Notes: generated by a model from the letters alone, not told the origin. 32,000 nt of DNA from an archaeon (GCA_028279805.1 JANQMZ010000007.1:630001-662000); one strand, 5' to 3'; numbered from the stretch's first letter, positions 8,552 through 17,468 are shown. Numbers and translations: made by a program.

Positions 8552-8622
8552 GCAGCCGCCGGGATTCGAACCCGGGACAAGAGCTTGGAAGGCTCTGATG
8601 TTACCACTACACCACGGCTGCG
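8552..8622 (-). tRNA. tRNA-Gly(UCC)
   Basis: Minus strand GCAGCCG...CGGCTGC acceptor, loop CTTCCAA (anticodon TCC), T arm CCGGGTTCGAATCCCGG. No encoded CCA. Confidence 0.95.
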
Positions 8623-8703
8623 TGTTAATTTTTTGCGTATAATATGTTTTTTTTAGCACTTGTTTTAAATTATTTGGCGTTTGACATTATAAGTGAATGT
8701 TTT

Positions 8704-9333
8704 ATGGCTGAAAAAGGCTTGTTTATTGTTTTTGAAGGAATTGACGGCTGCGGCAAAGGCACAATGATTACACGTTCGCTTGATTTTTTGTTTTCAAATT
8801 TTAAAGAATTTGACAACATTGTCATAACCCGTGAACCAACTCATTCTCAGGCAGGCAAACAAATAAGAAAATTGCTTGAAACCGATAAAGATCCTATGAC
8901 CAAATCAAAACAGTTATTGCAATTGTATCTGGAGGACCGAAAAGAACATTTGGATTCTTTAATCAGGCCAATAATTGCAAAAAAAGGAATTGTTTTATGT
9001 GACCGGTATAAGCATTCAACTTTAACTTATCAGCAAACACAGGGGCATCGTTTACAGCAATTAATTAATGCTCATAAAAATATGCTTGTTCCAGATTTAA
9101 CTTTAATTTTGGATGTTTCAGTTGAAACCGCGTTAAAAAGAATGGAGGAAGGCAGAACCAATTTTGAAAAATTTGAAAAAAAATATTTTATGAAAGAATT
9201 AAGGCAAAATTATTTGGAATTGCCGAATTTTTTGGAAAAAGAAAACATTAAAATTGTTGATGCTGAAAACTCTAAAGAAAAAGTTTTTGAATCTGTTAAA
9301 AAAGAAATTTTAAAAATTTTGCCAAAACATTAA
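8704..9333 (+). CDS. tmk: Thymidylate kinase
   Basis: FIVFEGIDGCGKGT, ITREPTHSQAGKQIR and CDRYKHSTLTYQ. ATG at 8704 preferred over the upstream ORF-track start. Confidence 0.94.
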   Translation: MAEKGLFIVFEGIDGCGKGTMITRSLDFLFSNFKEFDNIVITREPTHSQAGKQIRKLLETDKDPMTKSKQLLQLYLEDRKEHLDSLIRPIIAKKGIVLCDRYKHSTLTYQQTQGHRLQQLINAHKNMLVPDLTLILDVSVETALKRMEEGRTNFEKFEKKYFMKELRQNYLELPNFLEKENIKIVDAENSKEKVFESVKKEILKILPKH

Positions 9334-9413
9334 TTTTTTTGTTTTAATCAATTTCAAGTTTTTTTTTAACAGAATTTTTTCATATGCTTCTAATTTTTTT
9401 TTATAAAAATAAA

Positions 9414-9485
9414 TGCGACCACCGGGATTCGAACCCGGGTCACCACGTTGGCAACGTGGAATCCTAACCACTAGACTATGGTCGC
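9414..9485 (-). tRNA. tRNA-Gly(GCC)
   Basis: Minus strand GCGACCA...TGGTCGC acceptor, CCACG-TTGCCAA-CGTGG anticodon arm (GCC), T loop TTCGAAT. Confidence 0.95.
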
Positions 9486-9493
9486 GTTACCAA

Positions 9494-9565
9494 TGGGCCC
9501 AAGCGGAATTGAACCGCTGATCTTCTCGGTGTAAACGAGACGTCATACCACTAGACCATGGGCCC
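9494..9565 (-). tRNA. tRNA-Val(UAC)
   Basis: Minus strand GGGCCCA...TGGGCCC acceptor, TCTCG-TTTACAC-CGAGA anticodon arm (TAC), T loop TTCAATT. Confidence 0.95.
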
Positions 9566-9575
9566 CTGCAGCTTT

Positions 9576-10817
9576 TTAACCAAAAGCCGCAACTTTTACT
9601 TTAATGTTTCTGTCAAGTTTTCTTTTTTTAATTCCGACAATATTTGAAACATTGTTTTTGTCAGCTGCTTGAGCCAGTCTGCTGGTAACAATTCCGTCCA
9701 TTAAAATGGTGTGAACTTTTTTCTTTTTATCAAGTTCTTTAACCAAATCCCTGACTTTAACTTCGCCAAGCTTTTTGCCTTTTTCATCCAACAATCTTGC
9801 TTTCATTGAGCCTTTTAATTTTTCCAGTTTTGTTTTAAATGGTTCCAATTCTTTTGGATTTTCATCAACCGGCGCTCTTTTGTAAGGCGTTCTTCTTTGA
9901 TATCTTCCTGTCGGTCTTCTTTGAGGCATTCTGGAAGTTCTGCTTCTGGTTGGAATTCTTCTGGTTCCGGTGGTTGCAGTTGCTCTTCGTACAACTTTTT
10001 TTCCATCCAAATCTTCACTTTTTCTTCTTAAAGCCTGTAAAATTTCTTTGCTTTCCAGTTCCTCAACTTCTTTGCCGTCAGGAGCAAAAGCAAATCCGTC
10101 TATTTTTGCCATTTCCTGTAATTTTCTTGCGTTTAATTTGGCTCCTCTATCCCCATCTCCAAAAAATATTAAGCTTTTCTTTTTGCTTAAATCAATTATT
10201 GTTTTTGGAATGTTTGCTCCGCCCATTCCTATTACATTTTTTATTCCGTGTTTTAACAATGTTAAAACATCTGCCCGGCCTTCAACTATAATTATTTCTT
10301 TAGCTGAATCAATTTCCGGACCGGCCGGCAGTTTGTCAAAACCGTATTCTTTTAATGAAGATTTTTTATACCGGTCTCTGACTTCTTCCGCTATTTGTTT
10401 TGATTCCGGAATTTTATGTTCCATCATTGTTTTCAGTAATTCTTTTGCTCTGTCTTTTACTTTTTTTCTTTTAACGTTTCTTACATCGTTAATTGTTTTT
10501 GTTTTAAAATTTGAATTAAATGGGCCGACTTTGTCAACTGTTTCAATTCCAGCTGCCAAAATGCATGTTTGAGTCATATCCAAAGAACTTGGAATTGAAA
10601 TATTGCCGGATGTTTTTCCGTCTTTTGATTTTGCAACAATTTCTATTCTTCCAAGTTTGCCATTTTTTTGCAATTCTTTTAAATCCAAATCTTCGCCTAA
10701 CAACCCTTCACTTTGTCCGAATATTGCACCAACAACATCGTGTTTGTCTACAACTCCGTCAATTGCAAAAGTCATTAAAACTTCATATTTAACTGTATCG
10801 ACATAAATTTTTGCCAT
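9576..10817 (-). CDS. dnaG: Archaeal DnaG-like primase (Toprim)
   Basis: ITIPSSLDMTQTCILAAGIETVDKVGP-type N-terminus (ISIPSSLDMTQTCILAAGIETVDKVGP), EIIIVEGRADVLTLLKHGIKNVIGMGG and FFGDGDRGAKL. Confidence 0.96.
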   Translation of the reverse strand: MAKIYVDTVKYEVLMTFAIDGVVDKHDVVGAIFGQSEGLLGEDLDLKELQKNGKLGRIEIVAKSKDGKTSGNISIPSSLDMTQTCILAAGIETVDKVGPFNSNFKTKTINDVRNVKRKKVKDRAKELLKTMMEHKIPESKQIAEEVRDRYKKSSLKEYGFDKLPAGPEIDSAKEIIIVEGRADVLTLLKHGIKNVIGMGGANIPKTIIDLSKKKSLIFFGDGDRGAKLNARKLQEMAKIDGFAFAPDGKEVEELESKEILQALRRKSEDLDGKKVVRRATATTGTRRIPTRSRTSRMPQRRPTGRYQRRTPYKRAPVDENPKELEPFKTKLEKLKGSMKARLLDEKGKKLGEVKVRDLVKELDKKKKVHTILMDGIVTSRLAQAADKNNVSNIVGIKKRKLDRNIKVKVAAFG

Positions 10818-10868
10818 ACTTTATCACTTCCTATATTTTTTTTGTTTTTAATTTATAGAATTAGCAAT

Positions 10869-11159
10869 TCAAAGCTTCAACAGGATTTCAACCTGTTTTT
10901 GCTTCAAACCTAACAGCAAAACTTTTTTTTTGCTGCTTTTATGGCCTGTGATTATTTTGGCTTTTGTTTCAAAGAGTTTGGAAAGCGTTTCAAGAATTTC
11001 CTGATTTGCTTTTCCTTCAAATGCTTCTTTCTTGATTTTTAATCTTAACCGGTTATCCCAGTCATCCAATCCGGCAAATTTAAACTGCCTTGAATTGGGT
11101 ATTATTTTAAGATTTAAAATAACTCCTTGAGAGTTTTCACTCAAAGCCTTTTCAATCAT
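10869..11159 (-). CDS. DUF167/YggU family protein
   Basis: LKIIPNSRQFKFAG...RLRLKIKKEAFEGKANQEILETLSKLF...ITGHKSSKKKVLL. Confidence 0.85.
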   Translation of the reverse strand: MIEKALSENSQGVILNLKIIPNSRQFKFAGLDDWDNRLRLKIKKEAFEGKANQEILETLSKLFETKAKIITGHKSSKKKVLLLGLKQKQVEILLKL

Positions 11160-11241
11160 AATATTTGCTTTGATTTAGCTAATTCTTATAAGCTTAATAT
11201 ACTAATAGCTGTTCTACCACTTTAAAAGCCCTTCTATCGCC

Positions 11242-11277
11242 CTAAAAACCATAAAAAGGCTTAAATTATGGTTTTAG
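11242..11277. other. Imperfect inverted repeat / hairpin in a divergent intergenic region
   Basis: CTAAAAACCATAA - 11 nt - TTATGGTTTTAG: 12 bp stem with one bulged A. Confidence 0.55.
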
Positions 11278-11325
11278 CACTATTTTTTCATATTTTAGCT
11301 ATTTTTGCTAAAATGGGTGATTTTT

Positions 11326-11736
11326 TTGAAAAAATACAATAAAGGAGCCGCAGCCGAAAGGGAATTGATTCACAAATTATACAATTCAGGTTTTTCTGTT
11401 GCACGAGTTGCCGGTTCAGGCTCAAGTACATTGCCGTGCCCTGACCTTTTGGCGTTTAATTCCAAAAAAAAACTTGCTTTTGAATCAAAGGCTCATAACA
11501 GCAATTATCTGAACATTTCTCATGAGCAGATTGATTCAATGCAGGAATGGGCTGATAATGCTAAAATTGATTTTTTTGTTGGCTGGAAAATTCCAAGGCA
11601 GGGCTGGCTGTTTTTAAAAAAATCTGATTTTAAAAAAAACAAAAAAAATTATTCCATATCCCTAATACAAGCAAAGAAAAAGGGTTTGTCTTTTAATGTG
11701 TTAACAGGCAGGCAAAAAACTTTGGTGAAAAAATGA
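11326..11736 (+). CDS. hjc: Archaeal Holliday junction resolvase Hjc
   Basis: (M)KKYNKGAAAERELIHKLYNSGFSVARVAGSGSS...PDLLAFNSKKKLAFESKA. TTG start preceded by GGTGAT. Confidence 0.94.
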   Translation: MKKYNKGAAAERELIHKLYNSGFSVARVAGSGSSTLPCPDLLAFNSKKKLAFESKAHNSNYLNISHEQIDSMQEWADNAKIDFFVGWKIPRQGWLFLKKSDFKKNKKNYSISLIQAKKKGLSFNVLTGRQKTLVKK

Positions 11737-11861
11737 CAGATTATGATGATTTAATTCACGAATTAGAATACAAACTGGAAAAAGAAGATTCCTTAAAAAA
11801 TTCTGTTTTGTTAAAAGATGCTATTAAAATTTTAAAAGAATTAAAAAACAGGGAAAAATAA
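11733..11861 (+). CDS. 42-aa acidic microprotein coupled to hjc (absent from ORF track)
   Basis: MTDYDDLIHELEYKLEKEDSLKNSVLLKDAIKILKELKNREK*. ATGA overlap with the hjc stop and SD GGTGAAAAAATG. Confidence 0.6.
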   Translation: MTDYDDLIHELEYKLEKEDSLKNSVLLKDAIKILKELKNREK

Positions 11862-11913
11862 TTTCAAACATATTATTTTTATTTTAAAAAACGTAAAATG
11901 TTATGATTTTTTT

Positions 11914-12534
11914 ATGTTTTCAGATTCTTTTTTTTCAGAAATTGAAGATTTTTGCAAACAAAAAATGGACAGCCTTGGGCTGGGTTATCATAACTGGGCA
12001 CATGTTCAGGATTTTGCACAAGCAGCTGATGTTTTGACAAAAGGTGAAAATTTGCCCGAAGAGCAAAGGCTGACTATAAGAGTTGCTGTTTTGTTTCATG
12101 ACACTGGTCTTAGTGAAACAAGACAGGGACATGAGGATGCAAGTGCAAGAAGTGCAAGGAAGTTTTTAACAGGAAAAATTTCTGAAAACAAAATTGTTGA
12201 AATTGAAAATCTTATAATGGCTACAAAATTATCCCGGGAACCAAAAACTGTTGGTGAAAGGATTATGCGGGACGCTGACCTGATTAATCTTGGAAAAGAT
12301 TTTTCTCATTTTTCAAAAAATATGGAAGCGGTTTTGGAAGAGGAAAGAAATGCAGGATTTGAAGGAACAGAACTTGAATGGCTTCAAATTGTTGAAAATC
12401 TTTTAAAAAAAGGATTTTTTACTGATACAGCCAAAAGGCTGTGGGGAGAAAACAGGGAGAAAAATCTTGCAAGAATAAGGCAAAGAATAAGAACAAAATC
12501 TGAAACAAAATCAAAAAGACTTAAAAGAAAATAA
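11914..12534 (+). CDS. HD-domain phosphohydrolase
   Basis: YHNWAHVQDF, AVLFHDTGLSETRQGHEDASARSA and IMRDADLINLG. Confidence 0.87.
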   Translation: MFSDSFFSEIEDFCKQKMDSLGLGYHNWAHVQDFAQAADVLTKGENLPEEQRLTIRVAVLFHDTGLSETRQGHEDASARSARKFLTGKISENKIVEIENLIMATKLSREPKTVGERIMRDADLINLGKDFSHFSKNMEAVLEEERNAGFEGTELEWLQIVENLLKKGFFTDTAKRLWGENREKNLARIRQRIRTKSETKSKRLKRK

Positions 12535-13191
12535 TCAGATTACTGTGGCAACAAACAGCATTGTTATTCCGATTAAAGCTGTTATTACCATTAAAATTAT
12601 TGAGTCAATTGTAATGACTCCCTGAAAGTTTATAAAAAAAGAATACAAGCTAAAAGCAATTGAAATTATTCCACCTATAATTAAAACAAGTGAAATTGTT
12701 TTGTTTCTGCCGCCGACACCTTTTACTTTCATTTCGCTTAAATCCTGTTCAACTTTTTGTGTTTTTTTTCCCAGTTCGTTTAATTGTTCTTTGACGCGCG
12801 TATTCAGGTCAGCCATTTTTTTTACTGTGTCATTTATTTGTTCCTGAAATGTTTTGCTTTGACCTGTAATGTTTTTTTCATAATTTTTTAAATCAGCCAT
12901 TACTTCATTTTCAACATTCTGTTTCATTGTTTCTCCGGCTTTTTTTGACTCTTCTTCTATTATTTTTCGGATTTCCGGTTTTTGTTTGTCTGCTTCCTGT
13001 TTTACAAAGCTTACAATTTCATTTTTTAATAATGCAAAAGTGTCCGCCTGTCCTAACAACAGCAATCTTTTTGCTTTTTCTTCTTCTACACCCAGATCTT
13101 CCAAGGTTTTGACAATTTTTTGCTCTGATTCTCCTTTTGCAACCATTTCCTGAATTATTTCAATAATGCTTGCTTCTTTTTTTTCAGCCAT
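12535..13191 (-). CDS. Hypothetical: N-terminal helical (UBA-like) motif, coiled coil, two C-terminal transmembrane segments
   Basis: GESEQKIVKTLEDLGVEEEKAKRLL, long K/E/Q heptad-like region, then ISLVLIIGGIISIAFSLYSFFI and SIILMVITALIGITMLFVATVI. Confidence 0.75.
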   Translation of the reverse strand: MAEKKEASIIEIIQEMVAKGESEQKIVKTLEDLGVEEEKAKRLLLLGQADTFALLKNEIVSFVKQEADKQKPEIRKIIEEESKKAGETMKQNVENEVMADLKNYEKNITGQSKTFQEQINDTVKKMADLNTRVKEQLNELGKKTQKVEQDLSEMKVKGVGGRNKTISLVLIIGGIISIAFSLYSFFINFQGVITIDSIILMVITALIGITMLFVATVI

Positions 13192-13829
13192 TAATCCACC
13201 TGTATTGTTTGTTCAAAACTTTCATTAAAGTTTTCAGATTTAATGTTAAATGATAACAAAGTTTCTCCTTTTTTCAATGGAGTTAAATTGTATTTAATTG
13301 TTTTGCATTCTTTTCCGGCAACTGAAATGCTGTCCGCCTGAAACCCTTCCTCAAAAAATTCTTTGTCATGTGTTTCATTCACATTTACTCTTACCCCGTC
13401 ACCATTGTTGCATAATTCTAACGCTAATTCAAAACCGAATCCCGCCAGAACCGGTTTTGGATAGGACGTGCTGTATTTAAAATCAACATTGCTGATGTTT
13501 GAAATTGATATGTCCGTTGTTATTGTTGAATGAAAAGGAGCTTGTGCTGAAAGTTTTACAAACGGGCTGGCAGGCAAAATTATTTCACTTTTTTCACCCG
13601 GTTTTAATTCCAAAACTTCCTGTAACAATTCTTCGTTTGCAAAAATTTTTATGTTCCTTATTAAATGCACTGATTCATTTTCAATAAAAACTTTTGTTTT
13701 TCCTGATTCAAATTCTTTTGAAAATTTTAATCCTGCGGTAAAAAACAATAAGTAAATTATTATTATTGCAAAAACTGCAAAAATAACTCCGAATACCAAA
13801 AATTTTCTTTTTTCAGCTTCTAAAAACAT
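13191..13829 (-). CDS. Hypothetical membrane-anchored protein with extracytoplasmic domain
   Basis: N-terminal TM (FLVFGVIFAVFAIIIIYLLFF) then a ~180 aa soluble domain. Stop and next start overlap (TAATG). Confidence 0.75.
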   Translation of the reverse strand: MFLEAEKRKFLVFGVIFAVFAIIIIYLLFFTAGLKFSKEFESGKTKVFIENESVHLIRNIKIFANEELLQEVLELKPGEKSEIILPASPFVKLSAQAPFHSTITTDISISNISNVDFKYSTSYPKPVLAGFGFELALELCNNGDGVRVNVNETHDKEFFEEGFQADSISVAGKECKTIKYNLTPLKKGETLLSFNIKSENFNESFEQTIQVD

Positions 13830-13852
13830 TCAAATAACCTTGTGTTTTGTTG

Positions 13853-14596
13853 TTAATTTATTTTTCCTTTCTGCCAGTCTCTTAACAGAATAAATGCCGT
13901 TGTTTTAGTATCAGGTTTTCCTCCTTTTAAAAGTTTTTTTTTCTTTAAAGCAATTTTTTTTAACACAATTTCCGGATTTTTGTCCGTTATTTCAAATTTT
14001 TTGTTAAAAAAATTTTGGTTAACCGAAAAAAGATATTTAATCAGGTAATGAGCTGCCAATTCAGCATCCTCCATTTTCTCCGGATTTTTGGCTCCCATTA
14101 AAACAAGCAAATGCTCCTCTTTTTCTCCCCCTAAAACTCCCGGCGTGTCAATCAATAAAATTTTTTCACTGATTCTGATAAATTGTTCTCCTTTTGTATG
14201 CCCTGCAACGCTTGAAACTGAAGCACTTGCCTTACCCTTTAATGCATTAATAATTGAACTTTTTCCGGTATTAGGATAACCGATTAAGCCGATTATAACA
14301 TTTTTTTTTCTGCTCATTTTTCCTAGTTCTTTTCTCAATTTTATTATTCCGTTTTTTTGTTTTGCCGATAAAAAAACTGTTGGATGTGAAAGTTTTTGTT
14401 TAATTTTTTTTAAATTTGTTTCATCAGCCAAATCGCTTTTGTTTAAAACAATCAATAATTGTTTTCTTTTTTGTTTTACAATTTTTTCAATTTTTTTGTT
14501 CCTGCTTAAATCCGGAAACCGTGAATCTAATACTTCTATAATAATGTCAGCAGAATTAATTACTTTTATTACGCGTGAAAAATAATTTTTTTTCAT
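13853..14596 (-). CDS. Circularly permuted GTPase (YlqF/RbgA/YawG-type)
   Basis: G4 NKSD precedes G1 GYPNTGKSSIINALKGK and G3 DTPGV; N-terminal ADIIIEVLDSRFPDLSRN. Confidence 0.93.
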   Translation of the reverse strand: MKKNYFSRVIKVINSADIIIEVLDSRFPDLSRNKKIEKIVKQKRKQLLIVLNKSDLADETNLKKIKQKLSHPTVFLSAKQKNGIIKLRKELGKMSRKKNVIIGLIGYPNTGKSSIINALKGKASASVSSVAGHTKGEQFIRISEKILLIDTPGVLGGEKEEHLLVLMGAKNPEKMEDAELAAHYLIKYLFSVNQNFFNKKFEITDKNPEIVLKKIALKKKKLLKGGKPDTKTTAFILLRDWQKGKIN

Positions 14597-14953
14597 TTAA
14601 ACCAGTTTTAAGTTTTTAGTAAAAGCATTTATCTCATTTTCTGGGACAGGACCAACACCAAAACAGGTTGTTGTACCTGGCTTTAATTGTGTCAAGCCTG
14701 CATCTTTGATTAATGCAGCCGGAAATTTTTGTTTAACAGATTCAAATAATTCTAATAATTTTTGTTCATTTTCAATTTTTAAAACAATTTTTTCCTGCCC
14801 CTGTTCTTTCCATTCTTTAACCCATTCCTCATTTTTTATCTGAATTTTTTCCAAAGCATTAACTGATGCATGGGCGGCTTGTGCTGCCAATTTTCCTTTG
14901 CTTAAACCCAAGTCCTGCCTGACAACAATAACCTGTTTTAATTTTTCAGCCAT
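14597..14953 (-). CDS. pth2: Peptidyl-tRNA hydrolase Pth2
   Basis: VVRQDLGLSKGKLAAQAAHASVNAL, LIKDAGLTQLKPGTTTCFGVGPVPENEIN. Confidence 0.96.
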   Translation of the reverse strand: MAEKLKQVIVVRQDLGLSKGKLAAQAAHASVNALEKIQIKNEEWVKEWKEQGQEKIVLKIENEQKLLELFESVKQKFPAALIKDAGLTQLKPGTTTCFGVGPVPENEINAFTKNLKLV

Positions 14954-15042
14954 TTTAGAATTATTATTGAATTAGTATTAAAATGCTACTAAAAACAATT
15001 AAATAACACAAAACCAATTTTGTAATAATAAAGGTGATATTT

Positions 15043-15390
15043 TTGCCAAAACCAGGATCGGGAAGCAGGAGACCAGTGTCAAAAAACCGTGTTTCAGAAA
15101 AAGGTTTGTTGGCTGCAACTCGTATACCCGGTTCCAAAGTGTTTAATTCTGTTGTAAGAAGAAAACCTGAAATAAATGAACTTTCAATATTGGGAACCCC
15201 TCTTTGGGGAACTGCGGGGTTGGGAAGATATCTTGGAGATAACAGAATTCTTTTAACTTATAAGTATAATCCTTTTTCCGAACTTGGGAGGGGGGACGTA
15301 TTTGTAAAATTAGAAAAGCCAAAAACTGTAACCAGAAAACCGTGGCAAATATTGCGGGCTGTGGAAACGGAAGAAAAAAAGAAACTTTAA
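15043..15390 (+). CDS. Hypothetical basic protein (~115 aa), family not recognised
   Basis: TTG start preceded by AAAGGTGAT. (M)PKPGSGSRRPVSKNRVSEKGLLAATRIPGSKVFNSVVRRKP... is not low-complexity. Confidence 0.6.
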   Translation: MPKPGSGSRRPVSKNRVSEKGLLAATRIPGSKVFNSVVRRKPEINELSILGTPLWGTAGLGRYLGDNRILLTYKYNPFSELGRGDVFVKLEKPKTVTRKPWQILRAVETEEKKKL

Positions 15391-15405
15391 GAAAAAGAAA
15401 ACCGA

Positions 15406-15729
15406 TTAAGCTTCTGTTTGTTGTAATGTTATGCTTTTTGTTATTCCGTCTTCGCCCCACAGGAATGTAAAATTTTTTGTTTCACCTGAATCAAACCATA
15501 ACTGTTTGTTTCCCGGATTTTCATGTCCTTTTAATGTGAATTCGGGGTGATATTCTATTAATGCTCTTTTTCCTGTTATTCTTAAAAGCTTGAAAACAAA
15601 TTGTCCTTTGCCTTTAATCTGGCTGAAAGACTGCCCTTCTTTGACATTAAATGTGTCTTCTTTTATTTTTTTTTCAAAAGGCGGTTTCCATTGGTTTATA
15701 ATGCTTTTAACCTGAAACTGTGCATTCAT
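15406..15729 (-). CDS. Hypothetical beta-rich protein (107 aa)
   Basis: Intact ORF with GGTGAAAAAAAATG start context; MNAQFQVKSIINQWKPPFEKKIKEDTFNVKEGQSFSQIKGKGQFVFKLLRI. Confidence 0.65.
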   Translation of the reverse strand: MNAQFQVKSIINQWKPPFEKKIKEDTFNVKEGQSFSQIKGKGQFVFKLLRITGKRALIEYHPEFTLKGHENPGNKQLWFDSGETKNFTFLWGEDGITKSITLQQTEA

Positions 15730-15802
15730 TTTTTTTCACCAAAATAAGAGAATAAAGTATGTTCAAAGCCCTATTTAAATTTTTAGCATTGTTATTTTTA
15801 CC

Positions 15803-17413
15803 ATGGCTAAAGTTTTGTTTTTTCTGGCTTTAATTGTTTTTGTAAGCGGATGCACTTTTTCGCCTCAGGATTTGCTGGGTGAAACTCCGTCAACCAAAGA
15901 AAAAACGACTCTGCAGGCCTGCCTTGAAGGGGATGATCTGTTAAAAGATGACTGTATTTTTAATCTTGTAAAATCAGGGCAATCAACCGAGTTATGTGAA
16001 AATGTTTCAAATGAACAAATTGCCGGAAAATGTTTTGCTTTTTCTTTTCAGGGAATTCCCACAATTAACCAGTGTAAAAAATCTTCTTTAAGCAATGTTG
16101 CGGATTATTGTTATAAGGAAATTGCAATAATTTCTGATGATGCTCAGATTTGTGCCAACATTTCAAGCACAACCATTAACAGTTCCTGTGTTAACCTGTT
16201 TTTACAATCTGAAAAAACTATTAAATCATGCCAGCTTTTGCCAACTGATTCTGAAAAAACTGTTTGCTTAAAATCTTTGGCAAAACAAATAAAGTCTCAT
16301 GAACCCTGTGAAAGAATTGACGATGTTTCTGAAAAAAATTCCTGTTTTAATGAAATTGACAAAAAAGATTCTTTTTATTGTTCTTTTATAACTGGTTTGG
16401 AGCAAAAAGATTTGTGTTATTCTGAAAAAGCTGTTTTTTCAAAAAATATTGAATTATGCAAAAAAGTCGGCTTGAATGAAACAAAAGACAACTGTTTTTA
16501 TGATGTGGGCATTGCATCCCTTAAAGCGGATTACTGTGAATTAATTTCAGATGTTTCCTTGGAAAATGATTGCCGTGAAGAAGTTTCAGACAAAAAAAAA
16601 GGATTTGAAAAATGTTTTGTTTTGGGTGACAAAGATGACAAATTTGAATGTTATAAGGATTTGTCTGTTGACACTTTTAATGAAAAATATTGTTCTTACA
16701 TTTCCGCAATAACCCATTCTGATTTGAAAAATTCTTGCTATAATGAAACTGCTTCTGTTAAGAATGATTTTGAATTATGTTCAAATATTAAAAATGATTC
16801 AAATGCTTTAAATTCATGCATTTCAAATGTTGCAATAAATTTGCAGGATGAAAGCATTTGCAGTTCAAAAGTTAAAATTATTGAAAACAAGGATTTATGT
16901 TTTAAGGGAGTTGCTGAAAGCCTTTTGAATGACAGAATTTGTTTTAATATTAATGATGACAATTCACAGTCACAATGTGTTAAAAGTATTGCACTTGACT
17001 TAAACAATGAATCTGTCTGCAGCGGAGCAATTCTTGGTTCAGTGGAAGATAATTGTTTTCATAATATTGCTGTGCAAAAATCTGATTCTGATTTATGCAA
17101 CCAGATTACTTCCAGCATTAAAAAAAGAGATAAATGTTTCAAAAATTTTGCTTTTAAAAAGCTTGATACAAGAATTTGTGATAAAATAAGTTTTCCTGAA
17201 ACCGAGGGGCAATGTTATGAGCAAATAGGCTTTGAACTTGGAAACATTAATATTTGCACAGAAATAGAGGTTGGACCTTTAAATGAACCTGAAACATTTG
17301 AGTCAAGGGATTCCTGTTACAAGTTTTTGGCTGATGATACAGGCGATAAAGGGCATTGCGTTTCAATTTCCACTGAAGCAATTCAGGCGGATTGCAATGC
17401 TTTATTCACCTAA
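15803..17413 (+). CDS. Cys-repeat lipoprotein, ~19 cysteine pairs
   Basis: Lipobox-like FVSGC, then about 38 Cys arranged C-x(10-12)-C-[YF]-x(10-12)-C throughout. Confidence 0.88.
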   Translation: MAKVLFFLALIVFVSGCTFSPQDLLGETPSTKEKTTLQACLEGDDLLKDDCIFNLVKSGQSTELCENVSNEQIAGKCFAFSFQGIPTINQCKKSSLSNVADYCYKEIAIISDDAQICANISSTTINSSCVNLFLQSEKTIKSCQLLPTDSEKTVCLKSLAKQIKSHEPCERIDDVSEKNSCFNEIDKKDSFYCSFITGLEQKDLCYSEKAVFSKNIELCKKVGLNETKDNCFYDVGIASLKADYCELISDVSLENDCREEVSDKKKGFEKCFVLGDKDDKFECYKDLSVDTFNEKYCSYISAITHSDLKNSCYNETASVKNDFELCSNIKNDSNALNSCISNVAINLQDESICSSKVKIIENKDLCFKGVAESLLNDRICFNINDDNSQSQCVKSIALDLNNESVCSGAILGSVEDNCFHNIAVQKSDSDLCNQITSSIKKRDKCFKNFAFKKLDTRICDKISFPETEGQCYEQIGFELGNINICTEIEVGPLNEPETFESRDSCYKFLADDTGDKGHCVSISTEAIQADCNALFT

Positions 17414-17468
17414 TTCAGCGGAAATGCACTCAAAAATGCTTTAAAAAGCCCATTTTCTATATTTTTGC

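Noticed and set aside
8644-8703. 20-aa upstream extension of thymidylate kinase (MFFLALVLNYLAFDIISECF)
   Set aside because: The family consensus begins just before FIVFEGIDG, consistent with the ATG at 8704.
15143-15460. Minus-strand ORF MGRRRNNKKHNITTNRS...
   Set aside because: Overlaps two ORFs with better start contexts, has Phe-rich composition, and lacks an SD.
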